This document shows positions 10,573 to 21,019 of a DNA stretch of 64,000 nt, piece after piece. A program made the position numbers and the translations under genes. This stretch comes from Trypanosoma brucei. Taxonomy: Eukaryota. The notes beneath the pieces were generated by a model, which saw only the letters and a program-made list of their open reading frames with translations, did not search any database and was not told where the DNA came from. Each line of letters starts with the position of its first letter. Positions within the stretch are counted from its first letter, which is position 1. The DNA lies in NCBI GenBank assembly GCA_000002445.1, contig CM000208.1:3840001-3904000 (forward strand), written 5' to 3'.

Positions 10573-12402
10573 ATGTCAGACGACGAGCACAAACGACACC
10601 CGCACGCACAACGTTCCCGCCATTCAACAGCGTCGCCAGGCATGATCGGTCATGATGGAAACTTCATGGAGAGCTTCAAAGACATGCTGGGCGATATATA
10701 TGCCCCGCTGAAGACAGGTCTGAAGTTGGAGCACGTAATTTATAATGCATGTTATATGCTTCTCATGTTATATGGTTTCTTTGATGTTGCAGATGCGTCA
10801 AAGCAGTGGGCGTCAGAATTCTACATTGAGCCACCGCGTTGGAGCATACTAACCATAACCTCTCTGGGTTCCACCGGCTATAACGGGACTGGGGACGCGC
10901 AATGGACTTCCATCGACAGGGGGTTTGGTCTCCTCCTCTCTGCGCTGGCGTTATTCGTTATCGGGGCCCGTGGTGTCCGCAGTGTTTTCCATGGGGAAAA
11001 TGGCGTGAAGGCGCTCCAGCGGTACTACTTGTTCGCCGGATTCCTCTTCACAGCCTTCTTGCACGGGCCCATGTTCTGGCTGCCGATTACCATAATTGCA
11101 CTTAACTACGTCTTCATTATAATCTTGCTGAAGATCAAGATGCCTCACTGGGTGCACATGGCAGTTATGTGGACGGCAGTGGTGTCGCTGATGCTTAGTG
11201 TGGGATACTATGGAGGTCGGTTGATCATTGGTCCGAGGAGACTTGGCTTTTGGGGAGGCATGGCCAGCTGGGTTCCCACGTTTAACATGTCTATCCTTCG
11301 CATGATTTCGTTTAACACAGATCTGTATGAAGCGATACACGCGAGCGCTCCTGCGCGGGCAACAACTACGAGGAAACACGATAACGGTTGCTTGGATTGT
11401 GCACGACTACGTGACAAACACCCGGAAAAAGAAGTAACTGCCGTGCGGTGTTACAAGTTTCGTTCAGAATACCCCCGCAATGTCAATGAGTACAATCTGC
11501 TGAGCTACATGGCGTACATGCTCTACCCGCCGCTGTACATCGGTGGGCCCATGTCTTCCTTCAATGCGTTTGCTTCACACTGCCAATATTCTACTGTTGC
11601 CATGACGAGGTCGCAGTTGATCGTTTACGGAATATTCATTATTATTCTATACGTTACTCAGGTGAGCATGCTACACTTTGTGTACCTGAGTGCTCTGCGG
11701 CAAAGGGGCGATCTCGTCATGAAACTGAGCACAACGCAAGCTGCTTTCATGCTGTACTATTCCTTGGCCTTCCTTTGGCTGAAGTTCTCCTTGGTTTGGA
11801 AGACGGGTCGCTTGGCTGCTGTTGCGGACGGGGTTGATGTGCCAGAGGACATGCGGCGCGCCTACAGCAACACGTTAAGTGTGCGAGACTTCTGGCGTGA
11901 TTGGCATGCCTCATTTAATGTGTGGGTTGTGCGCTACATGTACATTCCCATGGGGGGAAATAGACGGAAGTATTTCAGCATCCTTCCCATATTCTTCTTC
12001 ATTGCGGTATGGCATGATTTGGAACTCCACCTTATTGAGTGGGCGGTATGGATTATTGCCTTCTTTTTAGTTGAGCTTTTTGTTGGGTATCTATGGGGCC
12101 TGCCGTTATTTGCGCCGGTACGACACTCAAAGTACGAGCGCCTGCTAAGAAGTCTTGCTGGAATGGTCAGTGTTTTTGGACTTACAATCACGAACATGAT
12201 CGGCTTCGCTACCGTGGCAGCACCTCACGGAGGTTCATTGACAGCGCAGATTATTCTGCATATCCTTGGGACTCTTAACTTAACTCTATTCTTCTTCTTT
12301 TTACTATTTTTCTTTTTGCTCTCTGCCACGGGTGTTTTGCTTCGTGATGAAGAAGCAAATCAAATAAAGCAGCTCAAGGAAAGGTACGGTATAGTTCGTT
12401 GA
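10573..12402 (+). CDS. Membrane-bound O-acyltransferase (MBOAT family, GUP1/HHAT-like)
   Basis: The track ORF starts at GTG 10561 and the first ATG is at 10573 (MSDDEHKRH...). It is multi-pass hydrophobic. The MBOAT signature 'FWRDWHASFNVWVVRYMYIPMGG' matches GUP1 '[23 protein letters not shown]', and the downstream conserved His is in 'AVWHDLE'. Confidence 0.8.
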   Translation: MSDDEHKRHPHAQRSRHSTASPGMIGHDGNFMESFKDMLGDIYAPLKTGLKLEHVIYNACYMLLMLYGFFDVADASKQWASEFYIEPPRWSILTITSLGSTGYNGTGDAQWTSIDRGFGLLLSALALFVIGARGVRSVFHGENGVKALQRYYLFAGFLFTAFLHGPMFWLPITIIALNYVFIIILLKIKMPHWVHMAVMWTAVVSLMLSVGYYGGRLIIGPRRLGFWGGMASWVPTFNMSILRMISFNTDLYEAIHASAPARATTTRKHDNGCLDCARLRDKHPEKEVTAVRCYKFRSEYPRNVNEYNLLSYMAYMLYPPLYIGGPMSSFNAFASHCQYSTVAMTRSQLIVYGIFIIILYVTQVSMLHFVYLSALRQRGDLVMKLSTTQAAFMLYYSLAFLWLKFSLVWKTGRLAAVADGVDVPEDMRRAYSNTLSVRDFWRDWHASFNVWVVRYMYIPMGGNRRKYFSILPIFFFIAVWHDLELHLIEWAVWIIAFFLVELFVGYLWGLPLFAPVRHSKYERLLRSLAGMVSVFGLTITNMIGFATVAAPHGGSLTAQIILHILGTLNLTLFFFFLLFFFLLSATGVLLRDEEANQIKQLKERYGIVR

Positions 12403-13868
12403 GCTGCTTTATTTGATTGGAAACTGAGAGCTGATTGCGCTTCAGTAGTTGCACATTCCTTGTGTGTTCGCGCAACACATGAACCGTAAGATGTCAGACG
12501 TCTTGTGTGAAGTTTTTATACTTCATTTCTGAAAATCGTATAGTCATTTATCCTCTATCTCATCATTATTCTTTCCCTTCCTCTTTTGTTGCCGTTACTT
12601 AAATGGCTTGTTTGATTGTGTGTTTGTTTTCTTCTCGCTTAACCGTTGAATTCTATATACTTTGTTAATATTTTTTAAAAAAAAAAAAGGAAAAGGAAAG
12701 AAAAAAGGAAAACGGAATAAATGCACGGTGTGGGGGCATAATGAATTCCACAGAATGAAAAAAAAGGGGGGAAAGTAACTTGTAGGCAAGAAGCGGATCA
12801 AAATATCCGTAAAGGCGGTGGAATGAAAACAAGTAAAATAGAGGGCGTACGAAACGCTTTAAAAAGATAAATAAATAAATAATGGCGGTGTAGTCGAATA
12901 TATTTAACGATTATGACAAAGAGGGAAAAAAGAAAAAGAAAAAGGTAAGAGAAGGGCAGTCGGATTGTAGGGGTGTTTGTATGCACTACCCGACTCCGCT
13001 TTTGCGGCATAGTGATGATGACAGATGCGGGCAAGTATCTAAGTAAAATTAGTTCAGTCATCAATTTGCTCCTCTACTACCGCTCTTCGTCTGATTCCTA
13101 TTTTCGCTATGTGTTGTCATTTTCTTTTTTTTCTTTGTTTGCTTGTCTTTCTATCAGTGTTTTTTGTTTCTTTTTCTTTTTTATTTTTGTTTTTTCTCTT
13201 GATTTATCTCTTTTTTTAATCTTCACATTTCATTACTCGAAGTTGATTGAATGGAATTAACACATGGAATTGCAGCAAAAAGCAGAACACGGAATTGGAT
13301 AAAAATGGATTAGGCGAAACGCTTCACAAATGCTATTTGCATTTTGGCTCATACCAGACCGGGTAACCACCGCTACCGTCATCAACACTGCTGCCGCTGC
13401 TGCTGCTGAATCCTGAGTGAAGGTGCCAAAAAAAAAAAAAAAGAGAAAAGAGAAGAGAAGAAAAGAAAAATCAAACAAAAGAAAAAAATAGCACGGCAAC
13501 ATTTTCTCACCGCGACGAAGTCACCCAACAGCGCTTAAGACAAACAGCCAGTGGAAGATGTATTAAGTGTAATCGTACCGCTCCATTATTTTACGGTGCT
13601 GTTTTATTCCTTTCATTCTTTTCTTCGCCCCTTTGCTAGGCAGTGAAACGGGAATATACATATATGTGTGTATGTGTGTGTGTTTTTACTGTTGGTGCTT
13701 AGGCTGCTTTCTTTTCTTTTTATTTCTTCTTTTTTTGTTTTGCTTCCTATCTTCATGTCACTACAACCACTCTCCAAAAAAATAAAAACAACAACAACAA
13801 CACAATCCCAAGAAATCGACAGAGAAGGGGCTCAACCACAGTTCCACTCGCGCGTTGCTTTTTTACTC

Positions 13869-14088
13869 ATTACTTTCCTCAGGCATAAAATGTTTGGACG
13901 ACGCGTTTACGCCAGTGCGGCAGTTCCCCGCCGTATGTGGCCGGCACTTCACATTCAGAGCAGTAGCCAAGCACTGCGTATCCTTCCTTCACTCGCACCA
14001 CTTCACCCGACTATAACTCGGCATGTTGCACTTGTGTCCGCCCCGCTCACAAGCCTCTCCGCGGTCGGTTTGTGTGAATCCTCAACGG
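13869..14088 (+). repeat. Copy 2 of the 220-bp duplicated segment
   Basis: Identical to 9372..9591 over 220 bp. Confidence 0.85.
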
Positions 14089-14273
14089 CGCTGGAACCTT
14101 TACAAGGCGATGGCAGGGGATTCCTCGTCTCACATGCAGGCGGTTGGTACAATTGCGCACGCGCGTTGCTCACAAATGTCAGTACGGCTCCTATGAGGAC
14201 TATAATTTGGAAACTACACAATAAAGCGCAAGCCCCGTGGTCGCTACCGCGCCTTCAAACTACCCGAGAATAA
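13890..14273 (+). CDS. Small ORF (127 aa), paralogue B, sharing an identical 66-aa N-terminus with the 9393 ORF
   Basis: ATG at 13890 in the same frame as track ORF 13668..14273. The upstream part of the track ORF is translation of a GT/TA microsatellite and a polypyrimidine tract, not coding. The C-terminal 61 aa are unrelated to paralogue A. Confidence 0.35.
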   Translation: MFGRRVYASAAVPRRMWPALHIQSSSQALRILPSLAPLHPTITRHVALVSAPLTSLSAVGLCESSTALEPLQGDGRGFLVSHAGGWYNCARALLTNVSTAPMRTIIWKLHNKAQAPWSLPRLQTTRE

Positions 14274-14337
14274 AGCGTCCGAAAAATAGGGCCGATGGGG
14301 GGGAGGGAGACGGAATAATCATGTAAGTGGAGAACAA

Positions 14338-14340
<3 letters not shown>

Positions 14341-14379
<39 letters not shown>
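14341..14379. repeat. (TA)n microsatellite
   Basis: Uninterrupted TA run of about 39 nt. Confidence 0.95.
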
Positions 14380-14382
<3 letters not shown>

Positions 14383-14951
14383 CCCGGTGAAAATAATGGA
14401 GGGGAGATGAAATAACTGGGACAGAGTGGCTGGGAGCATCAATAACTATCGTATGCTATTTTGTGTTCACAGAAGGAAACATAATTAATAATTTGATTTG
14501 TGTTTACATTTCATTCTCTGGTTGCGTAGGGACATGCGTGCACTCAATTTTAGTGTGCGCGCTTTCCCACGTTAAAAACCAAAGTTTAACACCAAAGTGA
14601 AACGCCGGCGCCAGGAAACCAAAGAGTGAAAAAGGGAAAGGAACGAATATGTTGGATGCGTGAAAGAAAAGAGTTGGAAAAGCTCTTAGTGTAAGTCGAA
14701 TATTTCCCGTGGTGAGTGTACGCGTTGGCCTGCTCTCCGTATGAAGAGAAGGGAATTAAACAAAATGTATCGCACAGGGTTTTATACCCACGCTAACTGT
14801 ATGAAGGGAAAATGTGCAGAGAGGAGAGAAGAGGAGGAAAAGAAAGGAAGTGATACACGACCTTCCACCAATTCTGTTGTCCGTCCCAAACGTCGTTTTC
14901 TTGACCCACTCTTTTCTTTTGTGACTTTGTCATCTTCACCCGTCCACTTTC

Positions 14952-14954
<3 letters not shown>

Positions 14955-14990
<36 letters not shown>
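14955..14990. repeat. (GT)n microsatellite
   Basis: 'gtgtgtgt...' run of about 36 nt. Confidence 0.95.
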
Positions 14991-14992
<2 letters not shown>

Positions 14993-15454
14993 CCTTTCAA
15001 CCTATGGCTTGGGGTTCATACCGGCAAGGCTTGTTGATGGTGACGAGACCGTTTGTAAGCATTCCTTGTCTCCGAACGGTTTTTTTTTGCATCTATTGTC
15101 CATACTGAAGTTGCAAGCGCAAGGCTGCACATGAAGAAGCTTGCACGGAAAGAAAAAAAAAGTAAAATGCTTCCCAACTTAGCTAACCGTTATCGTATTT
15201 ATCGCTCATTCCCCGCTGTAAGCTACGCAATTCGCAACATATCCTCCTCCTTTTGGGTACACCCACCGAAAGAAGGGGAAAAAAACACTTTGCATTCGAC
15301 GCAAGGGGCTGAAGAAAGTGAGTCACAGATACCTGAAAAGCAACCAGCAGAATATACAAAAATAAAGGGGAAGTGAGCCAGCGGTCTCAGTGTTGACGGT
15401 ACGAAGACCCTGCAGCAAACCCACCCCGTATGCCGGTTGGCGTACATGTTGGAT

Positions 15455-15520
15455 CATTTTACCATTATTGTTATTATTGTTATTATTTTTTCTTCTATTT
15501 TGTTCTTTCTCTTAAACTTC
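15455..15520 (+). promoter_or_regulatory. Polypyrimidine/T-rich tract upstream of the 15570 CDS
   Basis: 'ttaccattattgttattattgttattattttttcttctattttgttctttctcttaaacttc'. Confidence 0.5.
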
Positions 15521-15569
15521 GAACAATGCGGTTTTGTTGGTGCCGTTGTTAGAAAATAGGGGCGACAAA

Positions 15570-17027
15570 ATGTTATGGAGCACACCGCCACAGTCCGAAA
15601 GGGTACCGCAGGTTTCGACGACGATGGAGGAGCTCGCCAGCACCAGCAGTACACTCGAGCAACTTCAGAGTTTCTTCGTTCTTCACACATTTGATACGTC
15701 AGGGCCATTCTCAGACCTTTTCTCCGTGCTCCTCTCATGCTGCAAACATTTGGTGGATTCAAGCGTAAGTCAAAACACTGTCATATGCGGACAAGCGCGT
15801 GAAATTGAGCGTTTGGCGCGTGAGGTTGAAGAACTTCGCGGCACACTTGTCTCTCAGCAGAGCTACTTTCAGGATCTGGAGAGTCGTAGATTAGCACACT
15901 CAGTGGCTTCAGCAGAGGAAGCGCAAGGAATCAACGCGGAAGTAGTGGGAAGACGCCTCAACAAACTTGATGAAGCCGTTCATGCCGTACAAAAGACTGT
16001 AGAGGAATACCGTCACCCCTGTACGGGAGGAGTAAATGAGGAACGAGGGATGTGGGAACGCGTTAACCGGTTGGAGGTGGATTTGGAAAGTCTCAAAGAA
16101 AGGGTTTCATCCACCACTGAAAATATTAGGGCAGAAGTGGCGACAATTGGCAACGCAGTGAGTTCGATCAAAACATCGAGTGCCCCAGACTACATCCTAG
16201 CATCTCAATCTTACACTGATGCGAAGATGGCAAATGTGAGGGAAGAGATTCTCATGGCCAAGCAATCGAAGACGAGCACCGCCGACGATAGCAAGCTTTA
16301 CACGGGCACGTCACCTCCACAAAACTGGAAGAGTGACACAGAGTGTGTGATGAACAGGAGCACACGAAGTTTAGAAAGCGGGGACCCCAACGAGAAATGT
16401 GGCCGGGCGGGTTATCGGCCCTGTGGTACGGAAGTTTGGGAAAATATTCCTGCGCGGCTTGACGAGTTGGAGAGCCGCTTAGAAGTACTGGAAGTGTATG
16501 CCCCCCACCACTCTGCCATGGCCGCGCGCCCACCTCTGCTTGGTGTTGAGCTGCGGGACGAACGTGGTGGTGGTGTACGGGTACATGAAGTTTTTAGTGG
16601 GTTTGCCGCGCATGCCGCTGGTGTGCTACCCGGTGATGTGGTGGTGGCGCTCAACGCCCGTAATGTAAACACACGAGCCGAGATGTACGCCCTTATTGCA
16701 GAACTTACGCAGGAAAATGAGGTGAAGCGGCGTCTTCTGATGCAAATGTACTATGAAGAACATTCTGGTACTTGTAGAAATGAGGAAGCAAAGGAGGGAT
16801 GTTGCTTCCTTCAAGCGCCCAATAGCGCCGCAGTTAGTGGAAGGTGGTTTGGTAGCGGTTCAGGCACGGCTGGTGCGGGTAACGTTAGGACAATGAACAA
16901 AGCGGAACTGACCGCAGGTATGGCAAGGAGATGGGACCTTCCTAAGCTCCAGTTTGCGCTTCATCTGAAGCGGGGTGTTTTTTTGCATGAAGTAGTGGTA
17001 ATTTGTGAACGTGCGTCGGGTTCTTGA
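15570..17027 (+). CDS. Coiled-coil protein with C-terminal PDZ-like domain (hypothetical)
   Basis: The track start is TTG 15534 and the first ATG is at 15570 (MLWSTPPQ...). The middle has heptad-like Leu/Glu-rich stretches (coiled coil). 'GVELRDERGGGVRVHEVFSGFAAHAAGVLPGDVVVALNARNVNTRAEMYALI' fits a PDZ fold pattern. Confidence 0.6.
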   Translation: MLWSTPPQSERVPQVSTTMEELASTSSTLEQLQSFFVLHTFDTSGPFSDLFSVLLSCCKHLVDSSVSQNTVICGQAREIERLAREVEELRGTLVSQQSYFQDLESRRLAHSVASAEEAQGINAEVVGRRLNKLDEAVHAVQKTVEEYRHPCTGGVNEERGMWERVNRLEVDLESLKERVSSTTENIRAEVATIGNAVSSIKTSSAPDYILASQSYTDAKMANVREEILMAKQSKTSTADDSKLYTGTSPPQNWKSDTECVMNRSTRSLESGDPNEKCGRAGYRPCGTEVWENIPARLDELESRLEVLEVYAPHHSAMAARPPLLGVELRDERGGGVRVHEVFSGFAAHAAGVLPGDVVVALNARNVNTRAEMYALIAELTQENEVKRRLLMQMYYEEHSGTCRNEEAKEGCCFLQAPNSAAVSGRWFGSGSGTAGAGNVRTMNKAELTAGMARRWDLPKLQFALHLKRGVFLHEVVVICERASGS

Positions 17028-17673
17028 TAGCGGGGGTGGAGAGCGATACGCGTGATTCAGCCACCCTGTGTCACCCAGAGTGAGGTTAATGGCCGCGAAA
17101 CTCAAAAATGAGCCAAGAGGTTGTACTGTAGAAAGACTTGTTTTCAAGGAACACCACGTCAATTCATGTATCAACACCATTGGGTGTATGTATGTGCATA
17201 TGTTTTCCGTTAATGTTGTCCACTTGCACTCGTGCAACTTGAAGCTGCCCTCCGAGCGAACAAGGTCGTTGTAACACGCTCCGTTGGGGAATGTGCCGCA
17301 GGTGTACTTATTTATGTTATTTTTCTCCGTTCGAGTTTGTACCCGTTTTCGATTATTTGGTATTGTTGCATTTGGTGTTGTTCCCCTCCGTGGATGGGCA
17401 ACATGCAGGGCCGGGACTGCAAGGAGTCTTTATTGTTTGTTGCATTTTATCTGTCTCAGCAGCCGCCGTCACGCGTGCCTTTTCGTTGCTGTTGCTGTTT
17501 CAATGAGATTGATCTTCCATTCGTAGCAGAGTGCATCACTTCAAACGGGGATGCAGGTGATTGAAGTGGAATATAGCGCATGGCAAACGATTCTCCTCCT
17601 ACCCTACTTTGCTACCTAATGACACATATATTTTAATATATACATGTGTGTAACATTCAGACATTAGGTTTAA

Positions 17674-19089
17674 ATGCGGCGACGGCTCCATAACGTAGTC
17701 ACAAGCATAACTTCCCGGGTTGGTAACCCCCATGATGACGGTAGGGGTGCTCGTCATCTGAGCCACGGCCACAGCCATAGTCATGGTCATGGTCATTCTC
17801 ACACACTGGAAGACACCGTGCAGGGGAAGCAATTACGGTTGTGTCAAATTGCCACAGCAGTTGGTGGAGCAACGAATATCTTCTTTTCCACAACGAAAAT
17901 TTGGTTCGGCCTTAGCGGTGGGTCTGTGGCGCTTGTCGCAGATGGCTTCCATGCCCTGGTGGACCTTCTAGCGGATGTTGTCTCTTACATGGCGCTTACG
18001 GTCTCCACTAAGCGATTACCGCGTTGTCGATTTCCATTCGGCATTGGTCGCACCGAAACCGCAGGTGCAGTTATCGTCGCTAGCATGCTGCTCTTCGGCG
18101 CTGTGACGCTTCTTTTCACTTCAATGCAAGAGTGTACTCGAGAGCTTCTGAAATTGATAAACCCCAATGGCGAGTCTTCGGCCGCCTCTACGGGAGCGCA
18201 CAGTCACAACGAGCATGTCCCCAACCACCATCAGCACCACGGGAACGCCATGGGTGGCCACCCCCACGAGCATGCACACCACAGTCACTCACATTACCAG
18301 GTAGCGCAGACGGATGAAATGGGGCGTGTGACGATAATGTGGACGATGGTGGCATTAGCTGCTGCTTCTGTCGTTTGCAAAGAGGCTCTCTTCCGCTGGA
18401 CAAAACGTGTGGGAGAGCGAGCAGGGTCACGAGTTGTCGTGGCAAACGCATACCACCACCGGGCCGATGCATGGTCCGGCGCCATCGCCCTGGTGGGTGT
18501 AGCCGGGCAATGCATTGGAATGCCGGGGATCGACGGTCTGGCAGGACTCTTTGTTTCCGCCAGCATTTGCCAAATCGGTTACGCTTTAATGCGCGACAGT
18601 GTGTTGGAGTTCTTCGACTTCCAGCGTGCAGAGGAGGTGGCAGCAGTGCGCCGGGTGCTACAAGATTACAACAAGTTGCATCTTGTCAATGTTTTTCTTA
18701 TTCGGCACGGGCACTCATACGCCCTTCACGTCACACTGCTCACGGAAATGGACACCGCCGCGATGGTACTCGCCAGAACCTCCAATGAGCTGACAACACT
18801 TGCGCAAAGGAGTGTTCGAGTGGCCGACACCTTCACAACTATAGCCCCATGCGACCGCGGAAGTGAAGAATCTCTGAGCAACATACTGAGGCTTGTCGAA
18901 GAGTTTCACGGGTTGCAGCCCATTCCATTTGACTGGGGAACAAGGCGGATTTCCCTGCCACAGACAATAGATGAGGAGTGCATGAGAGATGTGAAATCTA
19001 TTGCCGCTTTCTTCGAACTGGAAATAGACATCGTTGCGGGGGAAAACGATTTCAAAGGGACTGCTCATCCTTCAGTGGGTTGTTGTTGA
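17674..19089 (+). CDS. Cation diffusion facilitator (CDF/ZnT-like) metal transporter with His-rich loops
   Basis: ATG start; 471 aa. His-rich 'HLSHGHSHSHGHGHSH' and 'HSHNEHVPNHHQHHGNAMGGHPHEHAHHSHSHY'. TM helices carry the CDF motif 'SVALVADGFHALVDLLAD'. The C-terminal cytoplasmic domain is typical of CDFs. Confidence 0.8.
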   Translation: MRRRLHNVVTSITSRVGNPHDDGRGARHLSHGHSHSHGHGHSHTLEDTVQGKQLRLCQIATAVGGATNIFFSTTKIWFGLSGGSVALVADGFHALVDLLADVVSYMALTVSTKRLPRCRFPFGIGRTETAGAVIVASMLLFGAVTLLFTSMQECTRELLKLINPNGESSAASTGAHSHNEHVPNHHQHHGNAMGGHPHEHAHHSHSHYQVAQTDEMGRVTIMWTMVALAAASVVCKEALFRWTKRVGERAGSRVVVANAYHHRADAWSGAIALVGVAGQCIGMPGIDGLAGLFVSASICQIGYALMRDSVLEFFDFQRAEEVAAVRRVLQDYNKLHLVNVFLIRHGHSYALHVTLLTEMDTAAMVLARTSNELTTLAQRSVRVADTFTTIAPCDRGSEESLSNILRLVEEFHGLQPIPFDWGTRRISLPQTIDEECMRDVKSIAAFFELEIDIVAGENDFKGTAHPSVGCC

Positions 19090-19655
19090 TTGAAAGGTAT
19101 GTCTTTTTGTTCTATCGAAGATGACTTTACCGGATTACACATGAGTGCACTGAAGTTGTGTGGATGGCCCCCACTGAAAAGGAAGGGACGGATTTTTTTT
19201 TACACTAAGGAGTACCGTGGTAACCCTGATGAGAAAATAGTGCGTACCCATCTTGGAGAAGGGTGTTTCTCAGCGGCCATTATTTTCTGCTCGTTCCCTT
19301 TTTTCTAGTTTGTTATCTGGGTGCACGCTGACCTTCTGTATCGGCATTTATTGTCACCTTAACGAAAGTCGAAAACGCTGCAACAAGGTTGATGTGGGAA
19401 CCACCGTAGCATCCCTTTTCCCTCGTTGCCCACATGCGGCTAGTAAGCCACAAACACAAACTTGTAATCATGTGTGTTCGAATATCTCTGGTTTATCACA
19501 TCCCCCCTTTTTTTTTGCTTTCTTTTCTCCTCCCACACCAGGTCTTAAAGGGAACAGAAAACTCTTGCTCGGACGCCAACTAAAGTACGGAAGTAAAGGT
19601 AGCATCTCACCTGGGGATAGTGATTATTGACCCTGAGGAGGAAACAAAAAGAACG

Positions 19656-20444
19656 ATGGACAATGACTTCACTGGAAACTTTGACATGGACGAGAATGAC
19701 TTCTTCATAGATGAAGATGAGGGTGATATGGACTTCCTGCAGCGTGCAGCCGGCGCGTCAGGCGTATACGTAGACGCTGCACCGAAGGTGGTGATGGAGA
19801 ATAATGAACAAATGAAAGGGGAATGTAGTGATCGAGTAGCGGAGGTAAACATACAGGAGCTATTTCCGAATGCGGATCCAGCCACTGTGCCACTAGTTGT
19901 AGGTATCATTGCCCAAGCGAAACTCGGTGTGGGCGTGGACCTACGGGCCTTGAGTTGTGCGACGAGAAATGTCGAGTTCACCCCGCGTGTCCGCTGCCCT
20001 GCAGCCACACTTCGACTTCACGAACCGAACGCTGTCGTTCAGGTCCGCACCTCTGGTCTTCTTGGCATCATCGGGTCCACCAGTGTTGGTGAGGCAAGGC
20101 AAGCAACGGAGCTTGCCGCCCGTATCATCCGCAAGGCGCTCAATCTCAACTTCTCCAGCGTCCAGTTTCGTGTCCGTTCCCTGATGGCACGCTTTGACCT
20201 CTGCCATCCTATACGACTAGACGAGCTGGCCAAGCATGAAGGAGTGTTCTGCAGCTATGAGCCAGACAGGTTTAGTGGGTGTATCGTGCGGCTTTCTGGA
20301 AGCTCGCGGGGTAATCAGTGGCAGGTTTGTTGCACTGTGTTTGTGACAGGAAAGGTGATTGTGCTTGGAGCGCGGAGCAGAGAGGAGTTGTTAGATGCCT
20401 TTTACACTGTTTTGCCTATCATTGCACAGTACGCAAAGAGGTAA
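19656..20444 (+). CDS. TRF4: TATA-binding-protein-related factor (TRF4-like; two TBP repeats)
   Basis: The track start is GTG 19620 and the first ATG is at 19656 (MDNDFTGNF...). It has two TBP-fold repeats, 'GIIAQAKLGVGVDLRALSCATRNVEFTPRVRCPAATLRLHEPNAVVQVRTSGLLGIIGSTSV' and 'FRVRSLMARFDLCHPIRLDELAKHEGVFCSYEPDRFSGCIVRLSG...CTVFVTGKVIVLGARSREELLDAFYTVLPII', which align with human TBP repeats (NIVGS..L.LDL..IA...[39 protein letters not shown]). Confidence 0.8.
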   Translation: MDNDFTGNFDMDENDFFIDEDEGDMDFLQRAAGASGVYVDAAPKVVMENNEQMKGECSDRVAEVNIQELFPNADPATVPLVVGIIAQAKLGVGVDLRALSCATRNVEFTPRVRCPAATLRLHEPNAVVQVRTSGLLGIIGSTSVGEARQATELAARIIRKALNLNFSSVQFRVRSLMARFDLCHPIRLDELAKHEGVFCSYEPDRFSGCIVRLSGSSRGNQWQVCCTVFVTGKVIVLGARSREELLDAFYTVLPIIAQYAKR

Positions 20445-21019
20445 TGGAGTCTGACATTTTCGGCGTGATACGGTCGATTCATTCCGACTCCTTTCATCGG
20501 CCACAGGATGTTTAGGCCGTCCTGATGAGATAGAGGAAGAGAGTGGCAAATTCGGAGACAGTAGGCGCTCCACTTGACCTTACAGGCTCCCTCTCCCTTC
20601 CAATAATCTTTTTGTGCTCACCCTCTTCGTCGGAAGGTACGAACCAAAAGGTAGGGGAGGGTGGGATAGCAGCACATGAAACACGGTGGGACGGACCGAT
20701 GTGTGATGCAAAGTGGCCACTCTGTTCAAGTGAAGTTTTTTCCTCGTGAAGTTTTTGTGTCACGGCTTTGTAGTGCGTATAATGCGGTCTCTTCGTTACT
20801 CTTGCGATGTTGTTTCTAGTGATGTCGCCACGCTCGCTCCCTTCTATTAAGTTACGCTCACTCTTACTAGTAGCCCGTGTAAAGAGTATAAACAACGCTA
20901 TCATCAGGGAAAGGGGGGAAAAGGGAAAAGCTACTGGGAGGTTAAGGAAGAAGGGCATACAACAAATATAACGAAAAGTAAAACAGGAAGACGGTGGTTC
21001 CAAGCACGTAGGGACAAAG

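Noticed and set aside
13668-13889. N-terminal 74 codons of track ORF 13668..14273
   Set aside because: This part begins at a non-ATG codon inside a GT/TA microsatellite and translates a polypyrimidine tract. The plausible start is the ATG at 13890, which is also where identity with the 9393 ORF begins.
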